DNA of 64,000 bases, taken from the NCBI RefSeq assembly GCF_000143415.4, contig NW_003314335.1, forward strand, positions 179,982 to 243,981, given 5' to 3'. Within the stretch, counting starts at the first letter, position 1. Each line of letters opens with the position of its first letter. The notes below the pieces were generated by a model that was not told where the DNA came from, did no database searches, and saw nothing but the letters and a program-made list of their open reading frames with translations. The position numbers and the translations under genes were made by a program. Source of the DNA: Selaginella moellendorffii (taxonomy: Eukaryota > Plantae > Lycopodiophyta). Below are positions 48,181-57,772 of the stretch, one piece after another.

Positions 48181-48561
48181 ATGTCTCTCGCGAAGATCAC
48201 GCGTCTCCTCCTTCCCAGGTTTTCGGATCCAGCGGCGACGGTGGCAGCAGCGGTAGCGTCCTTCGATCGGCGGCATTCTTTGTTGGCATCGATCGTTTCG
48301 GTTTCACGGATGCAGCAGGTACCGGCCCCAAATTTCGAGCAGCGGCTGCCAGGGGTAGTCCGCGATCTCGTTCCTCTCGACGAGGAGGGAGGAGGGATTC
48401 TCGAGTGTGGGCGCGGGGACAGGAGGACCAAACGGGGCAAGATTTCCAGAGGATCGTTTGGGAAATGCCGGCGCAATACCAAGAACGCGCTGCGGCGGCT
48501 TAGAGAGAAATGGGAGCTTCCCAAAGGAGCTCCTCTCCCAGCCCCGCACGAAATAGCTTAG
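48181..48561 (+). CDS. Organellar small ribosomal protein bTHX (S31/PSRP4 family), probably mitochondrial
   Basis: CGRGDRRTKRGKISRGSFGK signature after a presequence-like N-terminus. Confidence 0.88.
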   Translation: MSLAKITRLLLPRFSDPAATVAAAVASFDRRHSLLASIVSVSRMQQVPAPNFEQRLPGVVRDLVPLDEEGGGILECGRGDRRTKRGKISRGSFGKCRRNTKNALRRLREKWELPKGAPLPAPHEIA

Positions 48562-48787
48562 CTTTCTAGTGGAAAGTTTCTCTGGTGGCTAGAATAAGAA
48601 GACCAAGGATTCCAACTTCCAAGTGTTCTATACTTCCAACAAGTGTCCTATACTCTCATTAAAACACACTACATGCTTTTCCGCAAATGGGCAACACCTC
48701 GATCATTGAAACAATTGCCCAGTTTGCATCTCTCACAACTAGTTATTAATACTTGCGAAACTTAGCTTGGCTTGAAATGCACGACTC

Positions 48788-49817
48788 CTACGCGGTAGAG
48801 GCTGGAACATCGCAAAATCAAGGCACTCGAAAACCAAAAGAACACAAGAAACGTACCAGAAGTCTTTGGAGCATTGCACTTGAAGCACTCGGTACGACTG
48901 GCAAAGTTGTGCTCGCTGCAGCTACACACAAACAGAAGCATGACGACGTAAGAACTTGGCTTGCAAGAAACTTAAGAGCACAAGAACGAAACCAAGAAGA
49001 GTAGAAAAGTTAGAGCTCGGGAACACTTCAATCAAAGCTTCTAACAAGTTAGAACGGTGAGAACATTTAGCAAGAAGAGCAATACAACTAAGAACTTGAA
49101 TCGAGTAGAATAACACAGAACAAACTAAGAACTTGCAAAGAAACTCAGGAGCGCAAGAACAAAACCAGGAAGAGTACCAGGAAGAACTTAAACCAAAGCT
49201 TCTCACAAGTTAGAACAGTGAGATCATTCAGAAGAACAAAACCAGGAAGAGTAGCTTAGAAACCAGGAAGAAATTAAACCAAAGCTTCTAACAGCAGCAA
49301 GAAGAGTAATAGAGAAGCTAGAACTAAGAACATAGAATCGAGTAGAACCAAACCTCTAGACAAGAACCAAGAAAATCTCAACTTACCCAGTGCAAGTCCA
49401 GTCACCCATCCTCCATCCGGGCCTCCCATCCATGGACGCATTGTTCTCCACTTTCTCATTGCCACACTTGAAGCAAGTGCCACGGCTAGCAAAGTTGTGG
49501 GTATTGCAGGACGGGCAAAACCAGTCGCCGGGCTTGACATCCGCGCCGCCCCAGCCCCGATCAGCGCCCATGCTCATCGATCCACCGCCGCCGCCGCCGC
49601 CTCCCACCGGGCGAGGGTTCCCACAGCGCTGGCACGAATCGCGCCTGCTGAAGTTGAGATGGAAGCACGTCGCGCAGTCCCAATCCCCGGGCTTCTTCCC
49701 CAAATCAAAATCGGAGGAGTACCATGCCTTGCCCCCACCTGTGAGCGCCGCGCGAAGCCGCGTGAAGATCGTGCCCGCCGCCGGGGCAAGGAGACGATTC
49801 CTGGCAGCGCCCAGCAT
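48788..49817 (-). CDS. RanBP2-type triple zinc-finger protein with an N-terminal presequence-like extension
   Basis: KPGDWDCATCFHLNFSRRDSCQRC, KPGDWFCPSCNTHNFASRGTCFKC, MGDWTCTG|CSEHNFASRTECFKC. Three exons; stop at 48788. Confidence 0.92.
48922..49386. repeat. Intron 1 of the RanBP2 gene, built from degenerate short repeats
   Basis: Recurrent AGAACAAAACCAGGAAGAGTA, AAAGCTTCTAACAAGTTAGAAC, AACTAAGAAC and GAATCGAGTAGAA units. Confidence 0.85.
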
Positions 49818-49906
49818 TTTCCTCTCTTCTCTCTCGAGCCCAAAAACCCTAGGGCCGCCGGTTTAGGGTGTAGGGTTTTGGGTTTAAGCTTTAACGGCTC
49901 CACAAG

Positions 49907-51814
49907 ATGCTGCCACGTGGCATAGGATTTAGGGTTCTTGCGCTAACTTTAATGACTTGGGATAGAACGCAATGCATCGACCTCATCAAGTCTTGTAACT
50001 CGCTCTCTAGCGCCAAATCTCTCCACTCGCGCCTCCAGCTCTCGTTCGAATCGGATGTCTACGTGCTCAACCGGGTCGTGCAGATGTATGGGAAATGCGG
50101 GGGCGTGGAGCAAGCCTGGATTGTGTTTGATGGCATCCAGAACAAGAACGATTTCTCGTGGTTTGCGATGCTAGGCGTTTACATCCAGAATGGGAGAATT
50201 GCGCAGGCCGAGTCGTTCTTCGATTCGATGCCGCGGTGGGATCTGTTTGTGTTGACGTCGCTTCTTGTTGCATTTGCCCGATCTGGGAATTTGCCAAAAG
50301 CCAAGGCCTTGTTTTACCAGATGCCTGAATGGGATGTTCTCTCCTGGAACTCACTTCTTTCCATGTATGCGAAAAATGGAAACCTTGTTAAGGCAAAGGA
50401 TGTCTTTGATAATATGGAAGAAAGAAATCTCTCCTCTTGGAACTCGTTACTATCTGCTTATGACCAAAACGGGCATCTTGAAGAAGCTAGATCAGTGTTT
50501 AATACCATGCCTGAGCGAAGCATGGTATCTTTCTCTGCCATGCTAGCGGCATATTCCAGCCAAGGGCACATTGAAGAGGCGAGAGCGCTGTTTGATTCTC
50601 TCCCGGAGAGGGATATGGTGACGTATACAACGATGCTTTCGGCATATACGCATCACGGGCATCTTCACGAGGCAGCATCTCTCTTTGGCAGAATGGACGT
50701 CCACGATCTCGTGTCATCCACGGTCATGCTGGGAGCGTTTGCTCAAAGAGGAAATGTTACAGCCGCCAGGAGAATATTCGACACAATGGAGCAACGGGAC
50801 TTGGGATCCTTCAATGCAATGATCTCTGCTTACGTGCAAAACGGGCATCTCGACAATGCGAGGTATTTGTTCGACCGTATGGAAGTGTGGAATATGGTGA
50901 CGTGCTGTACCATGACAACAGCATATGCCCAAACTGGGCATCTTGAAGAAGCAAAACACGTATTTGAGAATATGCCCGATCAGAATGTAGTGACGTGTAA
51001 TTCCATGCTGTCAACTTATGCCGCAAACGGCCACGTGGAGGAAGCTAAGCAGGTGTTTGATTCGATGCCTGAGACTGACGTGATCTCATACACTGCCATG
51101 CTTTCAGCATATTCCCAGAACGGGCATCTCGATGAGGCGAGGAGATTCTTTGATTGGATGGGAGAACGCAATGTGGTGTCCTGGAATGCAATGGTATCGG
51201 CGTATTCGCAAGCTAGGAATCTAGAGAAAGCCAGGGAAGTCTTTGATAGGATGGACGTGAGGGACTCGGTGACGTGGACTGCTATGCTGGCAGCATATTC
51301 CCAGAGAGGTCAAATGCACCATGCCCAGAAGCTCTTTGACCAGATGCCTGAAAGATCAATGGAGGCGTGGACGTGTCTCATCGGTGGGTATGCACAGAAT
51401 GGGCATCCCAACAATGCTTTGGAATTATTCCCAGAGATGAATGCACTTAACACCACACCCGACGAGATCTCTTTCATTTGTGTGCTTCTCGCCTGTAGCC
51501 ATGCTGGAAAAGTATACAATGGTCGAAGCTGGTTCTTGTCAATCACATTGGATTTCCAAAGAAGTCCTGGGAAGCTACATTATAGCTGCATGATCGATCT
51601 TCTTGGCCGTGCTGGATACCTCGACCACGCAAGAGATCTGATCAAGGGCATGCCTTTTGCTCCGGATGCACTGGATTGGATATGCTTGCTTGGGTCTTGT
51701 AGAGCTCACAAAAACGCCCAAATTGGATCCCATGCCATGGAGGAGGTGATTGCACTGAATCCAAAGAATGCAGCAGCATATACCTTACTTGCCAACACAA
51801 ATTTTGATTCCTAA
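49907..51814 (+). CDS. PLS-class PPR protein (short-motif-rich) with E domain and no DYW domain
   Basis: About 15 tandem 31-aa motifs (VSWNAMVSAYSQ.G.LEEAR..FD.MPER), then HYSCMIDLLGRAG..MPFAPD..W..LLGSCR..H; ends AYTLLAN. Confidence 0.95.
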   Translation: MLPRGIGFRVLALTLMTWDRTQCIDLIKSCNSLSSAKSLHSRLQLSFESDVYVLNRVVQMYGKCGGVEQAWIVFDGIQNKNDFSWFAMLGVYIQNGRIAQAESFFDSMPRWDLFVLTSLLVAFARSGNLPKAKALFYQMPEWDVLSWNSLLSMYAKNGNLVKAKDVFDNMEERNLSSWNSLLSAYDQNGHLEEARSVFNTMPERSMVSFSAMLAAYSSQGHIEEARALFDSLPERDMVTYTTMLSAYTHHGHLHEAASLFGRMDVHDLVSSTVMLGAFAQRGNVTAARRIFDTMEQRDLGSFNAMISAYVQNGHLDNARYLFDRMEVWNMVTCCTMTTAYAQTGHLEEAKHVFENMPDQNVVTCNSMLSTYAANGHVEEAKQVFDSMPETDVISYTAMLSAYSQNGHLDEARRFFDWMGERNVVSWNAMVSAYSQARNLEKAREVFDRMDVRDSVTWTAMLAAYSQRGQMHHAQKLFDQMPERSMEAWTCLIGGYAQNGHPNNALELFPEMNALNTTPDEISFICVLLACSHAGKVYNGRSWFLSITLDFQRSPGKLHYSCMIDLLGRAGYLDHARDLIKGMPFAPDALDWICLLGSCRAHKNAQIGSHAMEEVIALNPKNAAAYTLLANTNFDS

Positions 51815-52199
51815 AACTAAATTCTAGGGTTACCCAAGGCACACAGCACTGGACAACCGCCAGCCTGCGATCGCCCCAATGGCCATGGCGGCCGCCAGCC
51901 TTTGAAAATCCTTGAGTGATGCCGCGGCCAAAGCTGTCTAAGCTCAAAGGGAACAGCGCCGGAGCTGGAGGACGAGGAGGAACAGCAAGAGAAGAAGAGG
52001 ATCGAGCAGCGGTGATCTGGGCCCAGCTCTGCGGTGGACGATCTCAGCTCCCTGATCTAGGAGTTCTTCCAAGAAGCAAGCGTGGGGGAGCCAGCAATCC
52101 AGATCGCACTCACAGCAGCAAGTAGGAGCCACATCTCGGCTTCGCAACCTCGAGAACCGAGCATTGTAAACAAATGGTGGTGTAAAAGCATATAGGGTT

Positions 52200-54900
52200 C
52201 AATTCCTGCTCAGTCCATGATGCTTTTTTGGTTTGCTTAAGCGATGGTAGTGAATATATCTAGAATATGCTTGGATATTCTAGGATATTCTACCACTTAA
52301 TGGTTGGTATTCATTTAGATTAATTTGGTATTTATAATTTAAAAACTTTCCTAAACCCTTTTTAGTATATTCTTTTTTATTCTATCATTTAATGGTTGAT
52401 ATACAATAAGATTAATCTTGTGTTTATAAATTACAAACATGCTTATAATTATAAACTTTATTTGATCAATTAGATTAATAAGTAATAATAAAACTACCAT
52501 TAAGAAAACCAAGCATTGCTACATGCAATGCGTAGCAATTTATTATCCTTTACTCTAAAAAGTTTAATTATTATCTAAAATATATAGCTTTTAATATACA
52601 ACATAGTTGTAAAAAGATCTCTATAAACATTTATCTAAGATATAAAATATATTAAGGTTGTATATCAAACTATATTTATAAACTATGCTAAATTTACTAT
52701 TACAAAAGATACTTCAGTTAGTAATATATTTAACTATATTGGTAAACTTTGCAAATGAGATAAGAGATAATAGTATAACATAGATTCATTTCCCTTTTGA
52801 ATTGCTTATTTAAACTTATATATAAAATTTTGGAGTGCCAGGCTACAACTTACATTTCATTAGACTCTATAAAAATAGTGAGCACTTTGTTCGAACAGAA
52901 CTTCATCTAACCTTTGGTATAATATAACTTTGTGTTCACATTATTTTAGACTTGGATAAAATGCTTTCTTGAAATTATTGCTTCTTGGCTTCATTGGGTT
53001 GGGTTTAGAGCTAATATAATCTGAATATGTGAATGTTAGTTTTAATGATGTGGGCTAAAGGTTTATGAAGGCGTTATTATAATTTAATTGTTTAATTATT
53101 TTTCAAGCTTGATAATTATATAAATTCAAAGCAAACTAAGCATGCTAAACACAACAAACTATTGTGAGTGCATAGGATATAGACGTGGAATACAAAAATG
53201 TGAATATCAATTAGCCCAAAAACCTAAGCTTATATACAAGAGCGAGTGGTCTGGATTGAGATCAATTTGATCATTTTTAAAATTATATTAGTATATAACA
53301 TCATAACTGTACACTTAAATCCAATGGAAGAATTTATAGCTCAACTTACAATGCCATTCTCCACTCAAACTTAGCAGCAACCACAAGTAAAAGAGAAGCA
53401 AAAATTCATCTCTATTCCCTATGGAATTTCACTCACTAATTTAAAATACATTACTCCAAGGAAAAAGCAAAGAAAAACAAGGTAGAAGAATATGCAAGAA
53501 GAAAAACTGAATGGGAAGCTATAACAATTGAGAAAGCTTATGCAAAAGAAATAAAAAAAATTGATTGATAAGAAGAGTTATAAGAGAAGGCAATATTAAG
53601 GCAACTTAAGGCAAAACAAACAATAGTAGTGAACAAAGCACAAAAATTGGAGAGGGAGAAAATGAAAATGAACAAATAAGTTGGACTTGTTGCAAAGAAA
53701 GTTTTAAAGAGCCTTTATAAATAGGGATTAAAAGTAGCAAGAATATAGAACAAACAACATCTTTCAAGTCTCTTCAACAAGACCTTAAGCCAAATATTAA
53801 GCCCAGGGAGGAAATTCTAGCACTATGAGCTTGGAGAGCTTCTTTACAAGTAACTACCTCTACTCATTAATTCTTAATTGATTTTGCATATCTTAATCCA
53901 TCCTAATTACCCTAAAACTCAAGTGTGGTTTTTGAATGGTTGAACCTTATTTTTCTGTACTGTTTTTCTCTCTTGATTAAAGTGGATATGTATGGATTTC
54001 CACTTTAAATTTTTTTTTGAGATACCCCATAGTAAGCATATACTATGAGAAAAAAACAAGTTTGGATTGAAAAACTCATGTAATACACTTTAAAAAATTC
54101 TGATTGGCTGGATTGTATAAGCACCCTCTCTACTTTTGGCACTTCAACAAACTCTAGATCACCAAGTAGCTTTAGTTTGTCCAGGCCATCTACTCATCCT
54201 CATCCAAGCTCTCCTTCTTGTCCTTAAGTTTTTGATCACCAAGTAGCTTTAGGTTGTCCAGGCCATCTACTCATCCTCATCCAAGCTCTCCTCCTTGTCC
54301 TTAAGTTTTTGATCACCAAGTAGCTCTAGATTGTCCAAGCTGTCCCTCACTCCCTACTCATCCCATCAAAGCTTCCTGCTCATCCTCATTAAAACTATCT
54401 GTCCTCATCAAAGCTCCCTCCTCCTCCTTGTCCAAACTGTCCCTCCTCGTCAAAGCTCCCTCGATCAAAGCTCCTTCCTCATCCAAGTCCTCCACTAGAT
54501 CACAACCATTCTTATTGTCCAAGTCATCATTTCTAGATGGAGCTTCTAAGAAATTTTTCGAAACTGACCTGGTTCTCATCCTCCTGCAGCGTGCACAATA
54601 GCAAATTTTCATCAGATTGAGCTTAGATCGAGATAACCCTAGCTAAGTGCTAATTACGCTTGGAAATCTTATAGGTGTTAATTTTCAGTTCCCAGCTAAG
54701 AAATTATAGTGTAATCTCTTTACACTGCTAATATACATTTCCTACCTAATATTCATGCTTAGTAAATGTAAACATGAAAAACCATTTTGCATGTGTTTTT
54801 TGTCTGTGGTTTTTTGGTTTTCTTTCCATAAAACGGGATAAACGGGTGAGAAAAATTATGAGTTACTATTTTCTTAAGGATTAAGTAGGCCTTTAGATTT
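52200..54900. mobile_element. AT-rich decayed transposon island
   Basis: CG-depleted, stop-riddled K/E-rich relic frames, internal tandem repeat, and a repeat shared with 23915-24065. Confidence 0.55.
54157..54342. repeat. 77 bp tandem repeat (~2.4 copies), with related degenerate units to ~54500
   Basis: GATCACCAAGTAGCT starts at 54157, 54234 and 54311. Confidence 0.92.
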
Positions 54901-54980
54901 CTTTGATCGAGCTCTTTAATTGGACCGGAGAGAAAACTAAGGTGGAGGTTCCAGGGTTAGGGTTTTAGCATGCCAGGGCA

Positions 54981-56190
54981 ATGCTGAGCTTGAAGAAATG
55001 CAGGGAGCGTTTGCTCGTACCGTGCAATGCGAGGCTCCTGGCGACTGGCACGGGAGGCGGCGGAGGCGATTCCAAGGGCGGGGGCCGCAAGGGCGGGATA
55101 GATTTCGATGCGCTCTTCAAATCGGTGAGTAGGCCACAGGAGAAGAAGGAAGGGGCGGGCGAGCCGATCGATTTCAAGAAGCTGTTTGGGAATACTGTGG
55201 CGGACAAGAGCCAGTTCAAGCTGGATCTCACGCCCCCCAAGCGGGAGGGAGGGACGATCGACAGTGAAAAGCTCAAGATTGATCTCAGCAAGCTGTTCGC
55301 TGATAGTCCTGGCACTAGAACAACGCCTGGCGATGGGGGTCTCAAGGGATTCAAGCTCGATTTGTCCAAGATCAAGAGCAAGGCTCCTCAATTGCCACCG
55401 AAAGAAGGAACTACCAGCGCCGCTCAAGATGTTGCGTGTACCATTTTCTTCTCCTTGCCTTCAAAAATTTTGACTTTGCTCTTCGTTATTTGCAGTGAAG
55501 AAGATGGGCATTTTGAACAAGTTTGCTGATGTCACCGGCCCGAGTCTCAAGCCTGTTCCTCCAAAAGATCATCTTTTGGAGAAGGTTTTGTTTTCCTTTT
55601 TGTCTCGTTTTTATCTTGCTCCTTTTTCCTGCCTCTTGCAGTATCTTGCTCCGGAGAATATGTCCGCGGCCGAGTTTCAAAAGATCGAGCTACAGAAAGT
55701 GAGAAGCGAGTTTAAGCTGCATGATGCCGACTGTGGTTCCTCTGGAGTCCAGAGTGAGTGTTTTCTATTCTCCTTTTCTGGTTTCTTCACTTATTCATCG
55801 TGCCTTTGTTTTACTCCGAAGTTGCAGCGCTGACGAAGAAAATGAGCTTCCTTTCCAAGCATCTTATGACACACAAAAAGGCAAGCTTGTTTGATTTATT
55901 ATCTCGAAGGACGCAAGCTAAGAAATCTGGAAATGCAGGACGTCCCTTCGCGTCGAAGCATGAACACAATGGTCCAGAGGCGGAGAAAGCTCATGATTTA
56001 TCTCCGGCGCACCGACTGGCCGATGTACTGCTACGTGATCAGCCGATTGTTACTCAAAGATAGGATCCAAGTCTCCAACCGAGCGATGCAAGCGGGCACC
56101 AAGAAGAAAACCATGAAGGACAAGCGGCGAAGGAAGAAGAGGAAGGTGAAGAAAAGCGAGAAATACAGGAAGAAAGCTAACGACGTTTGA
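54981..56190 (+). CDS. RPS15: Mitochondrial-type ribosomal protein uS15 with long N-terminal extension
   Basis: YLAPENMSAAEFQKIELQKVRSEFKLHDADCGSSGVQ..AALT..HKKD..SRR..MVQRRRKLMIYLRRTDW. GC donor at 55881. Confidence 0.9.
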
Positions 56191-57139
56191 TTGAGGTACG
56201 AGACTTACATTATTTATTCTTTCGAATGTTCCAAGCTTTAGAAAATGTCTTTCAGGCTTGAAGCGACTTGGAAAGGAAATTCCTTGTACAATCTGTGGCA
56301 GACTAGCGCTCCCAGCTTTCACTTATTTCCTTGAGCTCATCCCAGAAAGGTACCTACAAAGTTCGAGTTTTGTGGGATAACTTTGAAGTCTCTGTTTTGA
56401 TTGAGCTGAAGGACTAGAACTCGAACTTTATAGGTGTTTTCATTCTCTCGTCATGATCCCTGGCGATATCTCTCCCGCTCGAGCAGTGGTTTGGCAACCA
56501 AAACCTCGCTCTCACTGATCGAGCTCGAGTCTGGAGCAAAGCTCGGGAGCACGAGGTTACACTCCTCTCCATAAACTTTCCCCGTGAATTCTTCACTTGA
56601 TATCACCACACTGGGTTCCTGGCACCGTTGAGTCTCGTCTAAATCCTCCCTGTCAAAGCTTGGGTCTGGAAGAGCACGCCTAGTCGGAAATCAGAATAAT
56701 AAAGCTTTACAAAGCTAGATTTTTTGTTTCCTGGCCTGATCCCGTTATGCTCTAGTCGCCAAAAGTTGATGGCTCATTAGATGCATAGATGGAAAAAATA
56801 TGTCAACTATCCAATGACTTTTAAAATGTATTTTATAATGGGTTAAGGCTTGATTGATTGTGGAAAAGGGTAAAAGAGGGTTAGTAGTGTAGGGTTTGAT
56901 TGTGTAAGGCTGTGTGAGGAGCAATTGCAGAGGCTGCAGTTTTGGCAGGGTTGCCAATTGAGGTTGCAAGGCATCTTTTTGGCAGCAGTGAGTGCTGGGA
57001 TAGGGCAACCAGTGTGGAGTAGCCATTGTTTTGGTGCATGCAATCAAGAATATCAATAGCAAACCAGTTCACAGGTATAGTTAAAGTGGTTTGTGTGCAT
57101 AACTATCTTACAACCTCTACCACTTTTTTGTTGGTAGCA

Positions 57140-57772
57140 ATGATATCAGAAGAGTATCATTGCAAAGGGCATAAACATTTAGCTGAGCAATTTGCACAGT
57201 TTCTTGGTGATGATGCATTGATAGTGAAGGTTACAAAGACACACTTTCGTCAAAGCCCCCTTCTAGTAAGCTATTTTCAAGTTTATATTCTTTTATTTCT
57301 TGTTTTTTATTGTAGAGTGTGAAGCCAAGTTGGGGGCTTGCAATGTTTGGACATACTAAGCACATTGTGGAAGTGACTTGTGGTGATAATGGTATGTAAT
57401 TCCATATAAATTTTGACTATGTCATTAATAGGTTCTTCTTTTTCTTTAGGAAAAACATTTACACTCCGATGGGGTGGGAGGAGGGAATTCCTAGGAGGCA
57501 AGGATTGGCTGTACTATTGTGATGATCGTGGGCTAAAGGTTGATGATTATATCGTGCTTTACTCCCCAAATCCAGATAACATGCATATTTGGGCTTTTCC
57601 TTCTGCAATTGCATCTCAAGTGGTAGAGAGGCCTTTACCACTCAATCTGTTCCACCTTACTGCACCATCTATTTCTATGGAGACTGGTGTGGTAGTGAAG
57701 GAGATGCAAACACCACCTATGCCTATGATAGAACAAGCTCCAAGTGTTGAGTGCACAAACTTTTCGAAGTAG
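57140..57772 (+). pseudogene. Decayed or divergent B3-domain gene
   Basis: Spliced reading IVKVTKTHFRQSPLL..GKTFTLRWGGRREFLGGKDWLYYCDDRGLKVDDYIVLY resembles the B3 core. CG-depleted, with disrupted flanking exons. Confidence 0.5.

Noticed and set aside
51840-52190. Possible downstream E+/DYW exon for the PPR
   Set aside because: No PG-box, HSE or CxxCH motifs; an unidentified GC-rich fragment with stops.
54157-54342. Repeat array as CRISPR-like
   Set aside because: Whole 77 bp units repeat with no unique spacers, in a eukaryotic context.
56230-56700. Minus-strand coding-like fragment downstream of uS15
   Set aside because: In-frame stops and no identifiable family.
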